Shown piece by piece: positions 29,609 to 38,447 of a stretch of DNA of 64,000 nucleotides. Made by a program: the position numbers and the translations under genes. The stretch is from an uncultured Candidatus Saccharibacteria bacterium (lineage in GTDB: Bacteria; Patescibacteriota; Doudnabacteria; UBA920), in assembly GCA_964474825.1 (NCBI GenBank), contig CAYYWQ010000001.1, positions 357,609-421,608 of the forward strand, written 5' to 3'. Within the stretch, counting starts at the first letter, position 1, and every line of letters starts with the position of its first letter. The notes beneath the pieces were generated by a model. That model saw only the letters and a program-made list of their open reading frames with translations. It was not told the origin of the DNA and made no database searches.

Positions 29609-31147
29609 TTAGTAGTTTCTGCATTCTTCCTGGTTGCATAAATAACCGGTTTTACCTTTGGGTGGTGCGTCTAAAATAGCTTTTAAAGTAAAAGTGTCGA
29701 AGGTTTCGGAAACTTGGTATTCAAAATCTTCCCCGGTTTTTGGGTCAGTGGGGATTTGATCTATGTAATTTGGCACCAAATCTATTTTGTATTTGTCTTG
29801 CGGCGGAAAAACGTAATCTTGGTTTCCGGCTACATTTTTGTTGGAATACAAAAGCAGGGCGGTTTTTATCATTTCCAAATCCGTTTTACGCTGGTCGTCA
29901 TAAATGCCTGCTTGCTGGTCGTTTTGTTCTCTTAGCGCATCAGCAGCGTGTTTTTTTATAATTTGACCGGCGACCTCACTATAAAAGGAAAGCGTAAAAT
30001 CTTTGCCGTCTGAGCTTACCTGGTAAGTGTAAATGTAAGGCTGTTTGTTGACCGGGTCTTCCGCCCTTGTTGCAACTTTAAGGTAAGGCTTAACAGTATT
30101 AAACATTTCTGTAAAAGTGGCTGCTTTTGGGTAAGCCTTGCTGTCCTGGTTGTATTTTAATAAAGCCATGCCTATGCTTGAAATGGCCGCGCTGCGCTGG
30201 GCGTCCCGGCTTTGCTGGGCGTCGACTGAAACGTCCAGCCCTTCAAGAGGGCTGCCGCTTGCCGGGGTAGTAGTTGCCACGCTCTGCAAGGTGCTGCTGG
30301 CCGTAGAGGTTGCTACGGGTGGTGCAATTATGTTCCAGTCCGTTAAATTATAAATGCCCAATAGAACATCTTTTAAACTGACTATTGTCGGAGAATGTAC
30401 GCCAAATTCCTTCATTTTATTTGTTAGTTCCAGTAGTTGGGTTTCGCTATATTTTTGGTCCGTGCGAAAATCATAAGCGCCTTTAGCGTAGTCACTGTCA
30501 GTGTATTTTTGGTCTTTCCCGCTGTGCGCGTTCAAAGGGTTGCTGCCAAAAATATGAGCCTCGTCCCCGTCTGCCAGGCCGTCCTGGTCTGAGTCCGCGT
30601 TATTTGGGTCCGCGCCCAGGGTAAATTCTTCTTTGTTTGTTAAACCGTCGTGGTCGGGATCGGCGTTGTCGCCGCAAACTCCCGGATTGGAACACACCGC
30701 CTCGTTAAAATATTTTTTTAGCCAGTCGGTGTAAGACAAAGCCGCGCCTGGCTCAGAAGAGGGTTTCTCCCCAACCGGATGAAGTCCTGTGTTGGAATTT
30801 AATAAATCCTCAGATTTTTCTACAGCCAATTTAGTAAAAACAAAGTAGCTGACAGCCCCTAAAACTAAAACAACAACGCCAATTAAAATATGTAAGCGGT
30901 ATTTTTTGAGCATAGAGCTAAGTTTTCCGGGGGAAGCGGACTGCTGGCTTTGAGCTTGCTGGACTTTAATTAATGGTTGTACCAGTTCACCCTGTGCGCC
31001 GGTATTTTTTGGCATAACATTAAAAAACAAAAACTCGTCGGTCTGTGCCGCGGGTTTTTGCACCGATTTTATTAAAGGTTCGGGATTTTTAACCGGAATT
31101 TTATCTTGGTTTTCAGTTGTTTTTTGGTTTTGCGGAGCTGCGTCCAT
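29609..31147 (-). CDS. Hypothetical membrane-anchored extracytoplasmic protein with thrombospondin-type-3-like Ca-binding repeats and a pilin-like C-terminal domain
   Basis: 512 aa. One TM, D-x-D-x-DG repeats (DPDHDGLTNKEE, DSDQDGLADGDE), and later 'RDAQRSAAISSIGMALLKYNQDSKAYP'. Confidence 0.45.
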   Translation of the reverse strand: MDAAPQNQKTTENQDKIPVKNPEPLIKSVQKPAAQTDEFLFFNVMPKNTGAQGELVQPLIKVQQAQSQQSASPGKLSSMLKKYRLHILIGVVVLVLGAVSYFVFTKLAVEKSEDLLNSNTGLHPVGEKPSSEPGAALSYTDWLKKYFNEAVCSNPGVCGDNADPDHDGLTNKEEFTLGADPNNADSDQDGLADGDEAHIFGSNPLNAHSGKDQKYTDSDYAKGAYDFRTDQKYSETQLLELTNKMKEFGVHSPTIVSLKDVLLGIYNLTDWNIIAPPVATSTASSTLQSVATTTPASGSPLEGLDVSVDAQQSRDAQRSAAISSIGMALLKYNQDSKAYPKAATFTEMFNTVKPYLKVATRAEDPVNKQPYIYTYQVSSDGKDFTLSFYSEVAGQIIKKHAADALREQNDQQAGIYDDQRKTDLEMIKTALLLYSNKNVAGNQDYVFPPQDKYKIDLVPNYIDQIPTDPKTGEDFEYQVSETFDTFTLKAILDAPPKGKTGYLCNQEECRNY

Positions 31148-31154
31148 ACTAGTT

Positions 31155-31529
31155 TTAGATTTTTAAGTTAAAAAAGAATTCAACACATAAAAATAACAGG
31201 ACTATGCTTAGTTCCACCCACCAAAAGAGCAAACGGCTGGCCAAGAGCATAAAAGAAATAACAATTAGCAAGGAAAGAAGCAGGGCTTGCCGAAAACTTG
31301 CGCTTAAATTCAAAATGTAAAGTTTGGGCCAAAGCCATTGCCTTATGCCCAATCCAAGGATTGTAAAAACCCCAAGGCAAAGCATGAACAGGCTAATGTA
31401 AAAAAACAGTCGAGTGATCCACGAGGAATAAAATGGGTCTGTAAAATTTACAATACAAGCCAGGCAAAATCCCGCGAGTAAAATAGATACTGCTATTAGT
31501 CCAACTTGTTGTTTGGCTGTTTTAAACAT
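31155..31529 (-). CDS. Hypothetical integral membrane protein
   Basis: 124 aa with about 4 TM. Confidence 0.3.
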   Translation of the reverse strand: MFKTAKQQVGLIAVSILLAGFCLACIVNFTDPFYSSWITRLFFYISLFMLCLGVFTILGLGIRQWLWPKLYILNLSASFRQALLLSLLIVISFMLLASRLLFWWVELSIVLLFLCVEFFFNLKI

Positions 31530-31646
31530 AATAATTATACCATACTTTATCTGTCTTTACGAACTACGAATAAATACTAATATACGAATTCTAAATGTTA
31601 GCATTTGTATATTCGTAACCAATTAGTAGTTAGTAAAGACAGGAGG

Positions 31647-34583
31647 TTACTCAAGGTAACTAAATTCGCATTTGTGTTTAATTTTGCTGTCTAATTCTTT
31701 AAATTTGTCGTATTTGGTAGCGTCGATTATTTGTTCCATTATTTCCAGGAGCCCCTCTTTAAGTTTGGTAATATCCTCCGGACTGCCTAAATCCTGGGGT
31801 ATAAAGCTGTTGTCTTGCAAATACCAGTATTTCATGCCAAGAACTTTTTCGCGCAGGAATTCCTGGGCCGCCCACTGGTAAATATACAATTGGTCTATAT
31901 CTCTTTTGCTTTTGGGGGTCTTGCCGGTTTTGTAATCTATAATTTCAATGCCGCCGTCACTTACGTCGGCCCTGTCAATCTTCCCCTTAAAAGTATAGTC
32001 CTTTATTTTAATTTGGAAAAATTGTTCTATATATTTTGTTTTTGGGGCAGTTGACTTTAAGTTGTCATAAAAGGTGGTGAGCATTTTTTTGCCCATTGCC
32101 CGGTACTTTTCTTTTTCATCTTTTTTTGGATACCAGTCATCCACCCAATTTTTTGCGTATAGGGCTTCCAAAAATTTAAAGTCCGGCAAGGGGTTGTCGC
32201 TGGGTTTTTGGCCAAACAGGTCTGTTTGTTTCAGCTCCTGGTTGTTTTTGTACAGCTTTAAAAATTCTTCAAATGTTTTGTGGATGGTTATGCCAAAACT
32301 GGCATGGTAGCTACCGGGCAGCGGCAGTTTTAAGTAATGGACATATTTATATTTTAAAGGGCATGTTTCAAAATCGTTTAATTCCGTGTAAGAAAAATTC
32401 GTGGGCAAAACATGATAAATTTGTTTACCGTTAGTATTAGCCGGCGATTTGGTAAAAATTACTTTCCCGGTCGCGAGGTTGGTTTTGTCACTGGGTACTA
32501 ACTTAGTTTCGAGTAAAAATTGCGAAGGCTTTTTTGCCCGTGAGCCCCCGTAATCTTTAGCCCACGAAAAATACAAATTGCTGCGGGCACGTGTTAGCCC
32601 TACGTAAAACAACCTTCTTTCTTCCTGCAAATGGAAGTCCCCTTCTGGCAGTATATCTTTTACCAAAGCAGCGGGAATTTCAATTGCGTCAGATTTTTGC
32701 CGTGTTGGAAAGCGCTGGTCTACCATGTTTATAATAAACACATATTTAAATTCTAAGCCCTTAGCGCTGTGTATTGTTAAAACTTTTAGGCTTTCGGGGC
32801 CAAGGTTTGGGTCAAATTTGATTGCGCCATCGCTCCCGGCCTGTATTTCCAGGCTCAGTGCTTCTAAAAAGCTGTGCAGGTCTTTATGTTCCTGTTCCTG
32901 TTCAAAGACCTCTATTTTTTTATAAAACTGGTCGAGTAATTCCCGACTCTCCGCGTTGCCTTGGGTGTCTGTTTTTAATTTTGTCTCCAGTCCTAAGTCC
33001 TGAACAATAGCCACCAGAATTTCCGCGGCAGTGCAGTTTTTGCAATCCACCGTGTGTTTCCTCAGGGTGTCCATTAAATCCTGGATTTTCTTTTTGCTCT
33101 CTTGGGAAATCTCAGCTAAAGTTTGGCCAGCTACAAGGCTGTCATATAGTGAGAGTGTTTTTTTCTTGCCCAGGAGCAATAAGCTGGAAAGTTCGTTGTG
33201 CGGAATTTGGAATTTGGGCAAAGTTAAAACCCTGTAAAGCGCCAAGGAGTCGTGCGCGTTGTCCAGTAGTTTCATATAGGCCAAAACGTCTAAAATAATG
33301 GGCTTTTTATATAGTCCTCGGTTAGCTACAAAAGTGTAAGGGATGTTGTAATTGTCTAAAATAGGCAGCAATTCGTCTGCCGCTGAGTTAGCACGAATTA
33401 AAACCGCGAAATCATTCCAGGAAGACTCTCCGCCCTGGAGCTCCACAATTTTCTTTGCCACTTCGTTTAATTCATCGCTTAAGTCCCTGCCTTCAATAAC
33501 CTCAATAATTCCCTGTCCTTTGTCCGCAGCCTTTAGCTGCTTATTAATTTGCAGTTTTACTTCGAGCCGGTCCGGGTTATTGGCCTGGATAAAATTGTAA
33601 GCAAGATCTAAAATATTTTGGGTAGATCGGTAATTTTCTACCAAAGTAATTTGTTTAAATTCGGAAAAGTCGTCCTTAAATTTTAAAATGTTGGAAACGC
33701 TGGCGCCGCGGAATTTATAAATAGACTGGTCGTCGTCACCCACCACAGTTAGATTTTTAGTTTCCCCCGCCAGCATCTTTACCAACTGGTACTGGGCAAA
33801 GTTGGTGTCCTGGAATTCGTCTACCATTACAAACTTAAACTTTTTTTGGTAAAACTGCAAAATTTTGGGACGTTTTTTAAACAGCTCAAGTGTGTAATTT
33901 ATTAAATCGCCAAAATCTAAATAGTTGTTGTCGAGCAAAAGTTTTTGGTAAACGTGATAGGCGTTTGCAATCTCTTCTAAGCGTCCAACCTCATTTAGGT
34001 CAACCGCGTCTTCAGTCTTCTTCTTTTTGGTTTTAACAGGCTGGTCGGTTTGAAGCCTTAAGGTCTCGGCGTGTTTTAAATAATCTTCAGGGGCAATTAA
34101 TTCGTCTTTACAGCGGGAAAAATGGGAAAGCAGGGCGTCAATAAATTTCCCAGGATTGCCAAGGGGTTTGTAGTAATCTAAATTGAATTTGTCAAAATTA
34201 TTAAAAACCAAGACCCACTGGGCTACGTCGTCCAATAGTTTAAAGTCATTGGGCAGGCCAATGTCCAGCGCGTGGCTTTTTAGAATGCGTTCGCAAAAAC
34301 TGTGGAAAGTAGAAATCCATTGGTCGTAATAGCCTAAAGGCAAAAGCAAGTCTACCCGTTCCTGCATTTCCCCGGCCGCTTTTTCGGTAAAAGTTAAAGC
34401 AAGAATTTCTTCTGGTGTTGCCAATTTTTGTTCTACCAAATAAGCAATCCTACGAGTTATGACTGTTGTTTTGCCTGTTCCCGCTCCAGCCACAATTAAA
34501 AGCGGTCCAGCCGTATGCTTGACCGCTTTGCCCTGTTCATCATTAAGTCCCGCCAGCAAGTTTTGACTATTTGTGTCCGTCAT
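31647..34583 (-). CDS. UvrD/PcrA-family superfamily-1 helicase fused to a C-terminal PD-(D/E)xK (RecB/Cas4-like) nuclease domain
   Basis: 978 aa. Walker A AGAGTGKT, helicase motifs, and C-terminal ...IIDYKTGK...QLYIYQ. Confidence 0.8.
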   Translation of the reverse strand: MTDTNSQNLLAGLNDEQGKAVKHTAGPLLIVAGAGTGKTTVITRRIAYLVEQKLATPEEILALTFTEKAAGEMQERVDLLLPLGYYDQWISTFHSFCERILKSHALDIGLPNDFKLLDDVAQWVLVFNNFDKFNLDYYKPLGNPGKFIDALLSHFSRCKDELIAPEDYLKHAETLRLQTDQPVKTKKKKTEDAVDLNEVGRLEEIANAYHVYQKLLLDNNYLDFGDLINYTLELFKKRPKILQFYQKKFKFVMVDEFQDTNFAQYQLVKMLAGETKNLTVVGDDDQSIYKFRGASVSNILKFKDDFSEFKQITLVENYRSTQNILDLAYNFIQANNPDRLEVKLQINKQLKAADKGQGIIEVIEGRDLSDELNEVAKKIVELQGGESSWNDFAVLIRANSAADELLPILDNYNIPYTFVANRGLYKKPIILDVLAYMKLLDNAHDSLALYRVLTLPKFQIPHNELSSLLLLGKKKTLSLYDSLVAGQTLAEISQESKKKIQDLMDTLRKHTVDCKNCTAAEILVAIVQDLGLETKLKTDTQGNAESRELLDQFYKKIEVFEQEQEHKDLHSFLEALSLEIQAGSDGAIKFDPNLGPESLKVLTIHSAKGLEFKYVFIINMVDQRFPTRQKSDAIEIPAALVKDILPEGDFHLQEERRLFYVGLTRARSNLYFSWAKDYGGSRAKKPSQFLLETKLVPSDKTNLATGKVIFTKSPANTNGKQIYHVLPTNFSYTELNDFETCPLKYKYVHYLKLPLPGSYHASFGITIHKTFEEFLKLYKNNQELKQTDLFGQKPSDNPLPDFKFLEALYAKNWVDDWYPKKDEKEKYRAMGKKMLTTFYDNLKSTAPKTKYIEQFFQIKIKDYTFKGKIDRADVSDGGIEIIDYKTGKTPKSKRDIDQLYIYQWAAQEFLREKVLGMKYWYLQDNSFIPQDLGSPEDITKLKEGLLEIMEQIIDATKYDKFKELDSKIKHKCEFSYLE

Positions 34584-34617
34584 GAATGGTTAAAGTATAT
34601 TTATTTGGCTTGAGTCG

Positions 34618-34956
34618 TTAAAAACCCGAAAAGGCAATATAGTTAACGAAAAGAAGCATTGCCGAAGAAAGGAGAGAAACAAAGCCTAATAAAATACCAA
34701 TAATTGCCAAAGTTCTTTGTTTAAAGGTGGCAGTCCTTTGTTTATAAAATGCTAAAAACCCAGCTAAGATAGAAAGCATCCCTAATACTAGCAGGCAAAT
34801 TAGCAAAATCTTTTTACCATTAGAAAAAGTATTAAACATCCTAGATGTTTGAGGTAAAAACAAAATAAAATTGGGGACCAATCCTAATATAAGGCTTGCT
34901 ATAATAAAAAGGTTGGGATTGCTGCTGTTTGCATTCTGGCTTTGAATTGAATCCAT
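34618..34956 (-). CDS. Hypothetical small membrane protein (2-3 TM)
   Basis: 112 aa. Last gene of the PIN/NYN string. Confidence 0.3.
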   Translation of the reverse strand: MDSIQSQNANSSNPNLFIIASLILGLVPNFILFLPQTSRMFNTFSNGKKILLICLLVLGMLSILAGFLAFYKQRTATFKQRTLAIIGILLGFVSLLSSAMLLFVNYIAFSGF

Positions 34957-34983
34957 TTAAGTTATTCGATAGTTTATTAAAGT

Positions 34984-35430
34984 CTAATCTTTATTTCTAA
35001 TAAAATTTGTCCACTGTTTCCATAAATCCATGCCTTCGTCTTTGTATTGCGACCAGAAGTTGGCGGGATTTACAATTTGGACGCCTTGGTGTTCGTTAAG
35101 CTGTAATAAATCGTTATCACTCGTTACCAAATATTCCGCCCCTGCCTCTACTGCGCTTTCCAAAATTTTATTGTCTTCTTCGTCACGGACTATGTGAATA
35201 TTTCGCCTATTTACAACCCAGTTTACCTGGCTAAATAAGTTGTTTAACTGTTCTTGGTATTCGTCATTGTCAATAAGCTGATGGGAAATAAGTTTGTTTT
35301 CCTGCAGTGTCTGCTTATTAGCGTAAGCTTCTATTTCCCCTGCAATAACCGCGTCTATAATCTTTTTTTCGTAAGAATAGTCGTCTTTAAAGCCATTAAT
35401 TAAAACGTTGGTGTCTATAACTATTTTCAT
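34984..35430 (-). CDS. PIN-domain protein (VapC-like predicted RNase)
   Basis: 148 aa. N-terminal 'IVIDTNVL' plus a conserved acidic residue in 'VTSDNDL'. Confidence 0.65.
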   Translation of the reverse strand: MKIVIDTNVLINGFKDDYSYEKKIIDAVIAGEIEAYANKQTLQENKLISHQLIDNDEYQEQLNNLFSQVNWVVNRRNIHIVRDEEDNKILESAVEAGAEYLVTSDNDLLQLNEHQGVQIVNPANFWSQYKDEGMDLWKQWTNFIRNKD

Positions 35431-35435
35431 TTAAT

Positions 35436-35633
35436 TTATTTCTTTTTAAAGGTCACGGCCACTGACTTTGGATGGTCCAAAACTTTCACTCTCTCGATTA
35501 GTCCCTTTCCGGCCAATGAAACAAAAATGCCCAACTGAGGATCTTCTTTATTTATAGTTAAAATCCCCTTTTGGGAAATAATTTCCAAAGCGGCCACTTC
35601 TTCTACCGCTAAAGTTTCTTTATTTTCTCCCAT
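35436..35633 (-). CDS. Small protein (65 aa), possible winged-helix/antitoxin-like partner
   Basis: Overlaps the upstream NYN gene by 14 nt and directly precedes the PIN gene. The wHTH reading is weak. Confidence 0.3.
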   Translation of the reverse strand: MGENKETLAVEEVAALEIISQKGILTINKEDPQLGIFVSLAGKGLIERVKVLDHPKSVAVTFKKK

Positions 35634-36138
35634 TTTTTATTGGCATTAAAAATTTGCGAGGATTTTCGTCTAAATCAATAAAGTTGTCTGTTAGTTCTTT
35701 AACTTTTCCGCTGCAGGTTTTGCCAAAGGCTACGGTTTCGGTTAATTGGCCGGACATTTGGAGATATTCCAAAAGCGGAATAAAGTCGCCGTCGCCGCTG
35801 CAGAGGACCACGACGTCCAGTTTATTTAACATTTTTATAATATCCATGGCAATGCCCACGTCCCAATCCCCTTTTTGGTGTCCTCCGGCAAAAGTTTGCA
35901 GTTCTTTTACCTTAACTTCAAAACCTGCCTTGTCCAATGCTTCAAAAAATGTATGCTCTTCGGGCATGTCAGCCTTAACTACGTAAGCAATGGCCCTAAC
36001 TAATTTGCGGTCGCCCACTGCCGCGTCTAAAATTTCGTTAAACTTTACCCTGGCGTTATACATATTCCTCGCGGAATAGTATAAGTTCTGTACGTCTACA
36101 AATACTCCTACTCTTTGATCGGGATTTCGTATGGACAT
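35620..36138 (-). CDS. NYN/LabA-like (PIN-fold) domain protein
   Basis: 172 aa. 'VGVFVDVQNLYY' and 'VVLCSGDGDF' are typical of the LabA/NYN family. Confidence 0.7.
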   Translation of the reverse strand: MSIRNPDQRVGVFVDVQNLYYSARNMYNARVKFNEILDAAVGDRKLVRAIAYVVKADMPEEHTFFEALDKAGFEVKVKELQTFAGGHQKGDWDVGIAMDIIKMLNKLDVVVLCSGDGDFIPLLEYLQMSGQLTETVAFGKTCSGKVKELTDNFIDLDENPRKFLMPIKNGRK

Positions 36139-36143
36139 TTAGT

Positions 36144-36419
36144 TCATTTTAATTTTTTATAAGTGTTGACTGAGTAGTTATTTTCTTTTTTTGGATCCCC
36201 TTGCCTTAATTTTCCCGCAGTTACTGACTTATTTAGGTAGTTAGTAAGCTGAATCATAAAAAGCGCATCTGACACTTTTTCCTTTCCCGCTATATCTTCG
36301 GCGCTAAAAGCTTGTTCCGGTTTTTTTCCAGCAAAAAAAGAATTGGCATGATTTTCTGCAACAACTTCCGGAACTCCAAACTCTATTTTGCCGCTTTTAT
36401 TTTCAGGTCTTTGGCGCAT
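36144..36419 (-). CDS. Hypothetical protein (91 aa)
   Basis: Its start abuts the rmuC stop. Confidence 0.3.
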   Translation of the reverse strand: MRQRPENKSGKIEFGVPEVVAENHANSFFAGKKPEQAFSAEDIAGKEKVSDALFMIQLTNYLNKSVTAGKLRQGDPKKENNYSVNTYKKLK

Positions 36420-37445
36420 TTATTGAATTAATTTTTGTGGCTCCTTTATAATTTCAGCCTCTGCTTTAAGTTCCAACGTCGCGGCGTTTTGTATTGAAGT
36501 CTTTAATTTTGCGTAGTCATTGGTTACTGTACCCATGGTGTTGCCCGCGTTTTTTATATGGTTGCCTAATATGTCCAGGTTACGGCCAAACTTTTCGCTT
36601 TCTTGCTTAATGCCGGAAATCATAGCCAATATTTGCTGCGCAGCTTCGTTAATTTTTTGTCCGCGCAGGCTGAGTAAAATTATTTGGAGGTGATGGTAAA
36701 GCGTGTTGGGGCTTACGCAGTAAACTTTTTTCTCTCTGGCATAATTTAGTGTTGCAGTATCGTCCAACACTTCACTAAACACCCCTTCACTCGGAATATA
36801 CATAAGCGCAAAGTCAAAAGTATTTTCCTGGGGCAAAATGTATTTTTTGTGGATTTCGTCCACTCGTTTTTTCACGTCTTTTAAAAAGGCTTTCTTTAAT
36901 CCCTCAGCCGCTTCTTCTGTTTTGGCCTCCTTATAAAGTCTAAAGTTTTCCATGCTGAATTTGCTGTCTATCGGTAGTATTTTTTCTCCAACGTTAATAA
37001 TAGCGTCTACTACTTCCCCGTTTTTAAATTTGTATTGAATAGTAAAGCCGTTCTTTGGCAAAGCCTGGGAAAGCATGTTCTCCAGCATTTCTTCACCAAA
37101 GTTACCTCTTAGCTTTGGACTGGCAAGAGTTTCTGTTAAGCGGCGAATGTCAGGCCCGACTTGTGATATTCCACCCAGTTCTTTTGTTAGAGCGGCAATT
37201 ACTCTTCCGGCGTTGTCTAGTCTTTCGTTAATAGCCTTGTTTGTTTCATTTATGGACTTTTGCATTCCTTCGCGGGTTTGCTCGGTGCCTTGTTTTATGT
37301 CCTTCATCCATTCCATCATTACCTTTAAGCTAGCATCTTCAGACGGTTTTTCGCTTTTCTTTTTAAGGTCTATGAGATAATACAACACCACCCCAAAACC
37401 TATAACAAAAATCCCTATAATTGCGTATAAAATTGTGTTTTGCAT
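36420..37445 (-). CDS. rmuC: DNA recombination protein RmuC-like
   Basis: 341 aa. N-terminal TM, long coiled-coil, C-terminal nuclease-like region (YILPQENTFDFALMYIPSE). Confidence 0.6.
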   Translation of the reverse strand: MQNTILYAIIGIFVIGFGVVLYYLIDLKKKSEKPSEDASLKVMMEWMKDIKQGTEQTREGMQKSINETNKAINERLDNAGRVIAALTKELGGISQVGPDIRRLTETLASPKLRGNFGEEMLENMLSQALPKNGFTIQYKFKNGEVVDAIINVGEKILPIDSKFSMENFRLYKEAKTEEAAEGLKKAFLKDVKKRVDEIHKKYILPQENTFDFALMYIPSEGVFSEVLDDTATLNYAREKKVYCVSPNTLYHHLQIILLSLRGQKINEAAQQILAMISGIKQESEKFGRNLDILGNHIKNAGNTMGTVTNDYAKLKTSIQNAATLELKAEAEIIKEPQKLIQ

Positions 37446-37515
37446 GCATTTATTATACCAAAATTTAGGTTAAAGTGAAAACAAATTAAAAACCCCAGAC
37501 TACTGGGGTTTTTAA

Positions 37516-37592
37516 TGGCGGGACCGGCGGGGCTCGAACCCGTAACCTCTCGCGTGACAGGCGAGTGCTCTAACCAATTGAGCTACGGTCCC
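37516..37592 (-). tRNA. tRNA-Asp (anticodon GUC), CCA encoded
   Basis: Reverse complement folds as a cloverleaf: acceptor GGGACCG/CGGUCCC, anticodon loop CUGUCAC, T-loop GGUUCGAGC. Confidence 0.85.
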
Positions 37593-37640
37593 TTATTGGA
37601 TTGTAAAGTGCCCCTCGACTTCGCTCGGGACACCACTCGA

Positions 37641-37731
37641 CTCGCTTCAATCTTTATCTACTTTGGTTGAGGCCTTCAAAGGCCGAAACCACGAGCAAGT
37701 TTTGATGTTAATCAAAACGAGTCGAGTGGTG
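37641..37731 (-). repeat. 14-bp inverted repeat (CACCACTCGACTCG / CGAGTCGAGTGGTG) bracketing the tRNA-Met to tRNA-Asp spacer, plus internal hairpins
   Basis: Likely a precursor-tRNA processing stem. The right arm overlaps the 3' end of tRNA-Met. Confidence 0.5.
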
Positions 37732-37803
37732 CCGAGGAGAGGAATTGCACCTCTGACCTTGGGCTTATGAGTCCCACGCTCTAACTAACTGAGCTACCCC
37801 GGC
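37727..37803 (-). tRNA. tRNA-Met (CAU), elongator-type (could be tRNA-Ile2 if lysidinylated), CCA encoded
   Basis: Acceptor GCCGGGG/CCUCGGC with G1-C72 paired and anticodon loop CUCAUAA. Confidence 0.78.
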
Positions 37804-37903
37804 TGGTCGTTTTTAAAGAAAAAACCCTCGACAGAGGGTAAAATCTGTCACGATTTTATGGTTTTAACCAAGTTAATTTTCCATCTACGATCAAAAGCTA
37901 GCT

Positions 37904-37979
37904 TGGTTGCGGGACCCGGACTCGAACCGGGAACCTCAAGGTTATGAGCCTTGCGAGCTGCCAATTGCTCTATCCCGCG
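37904..37979 (-). tRNA. tRNA-fMet-like (CAU) with C1·A72 mismatch, CCA encoded
   Basis: CGCGGGA...UCCCGCA-ACCA, anticodon loop CUCAUAA, T-loop GGUUCGAGUCC. Confidence 0.72.
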
Positions 37980-38109
37980 ATATGACTCCATATATTATAA
38001 TAGATTTATTCAAAAATAACAAGTAGTCAGGCTTGGTACAACAGGCCCCCTAAAAAACAAAAACCATCCTATTTTTGGGGATGGTTTTTGTACTCGATAA
38101 GAGTAAGAA

Positions 38110-38175
38110 GCCTAGCGGCGCTTTTTGGAAGCGCTTTTCTTCTTGGTAGTCTTCTTTTTTGCTTTTTTCTTAGCC
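38110..38175 (-). CDS. Tiny Lys-rich ORF (21 aa, MAKKKAKKKTTKKKSASKKRR) with a GGGAG RBS
   Basis: Lies between the predicted promoter and tRNA-fMet. Too short for the ORF track. Confidence 0.2.
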
Positions 38176-38418
38176 ATTGGGCTAGTCTCCCGAAGTGACA
38201 CTGATTTTGGTGGCACTTCTTAATTTTCTACTTCCCTTTTATGGGATGAGTAGTAACAAATTTATCCAGCACTAATTTTATTAAACTAGTATTGGATACC
38301 AACCTTCTATTACTTCAATTTGAATTTCTGAATTAATTGAGTAATTAGCGCTGGATTAATTTCTGATTTTTACCCCCGAAGTTTTCGTTTCTTGAAGAAC
38401 TTTTTTATTCCTAAATTT

Positions 38419-38447
38419 ATTTTAGGACACTTTAAAATATTTGTCAA
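38419..38447 (-). promoter_or_regulatory. Sigma70-like promoter (TTGACA, 17 nt spacer, TAAAAT) reading into the tiny ORF and tRNA cluster
   Basis: Consensus -35 and a good -10, overlapping the 3' end of the CCA-enzyme gene. Confidence 0.4.

Noticed and set aside
37981-38421. A larger protein gene in the 440-nt ORF-free stretch upstream of the tRNA cluster
   Set aside because: No frame is open for 60 aa or more. Only the 21-aa Lys-rich ORF has an RBS, so the region is treated as a leader/promoter rather than a missed gene.
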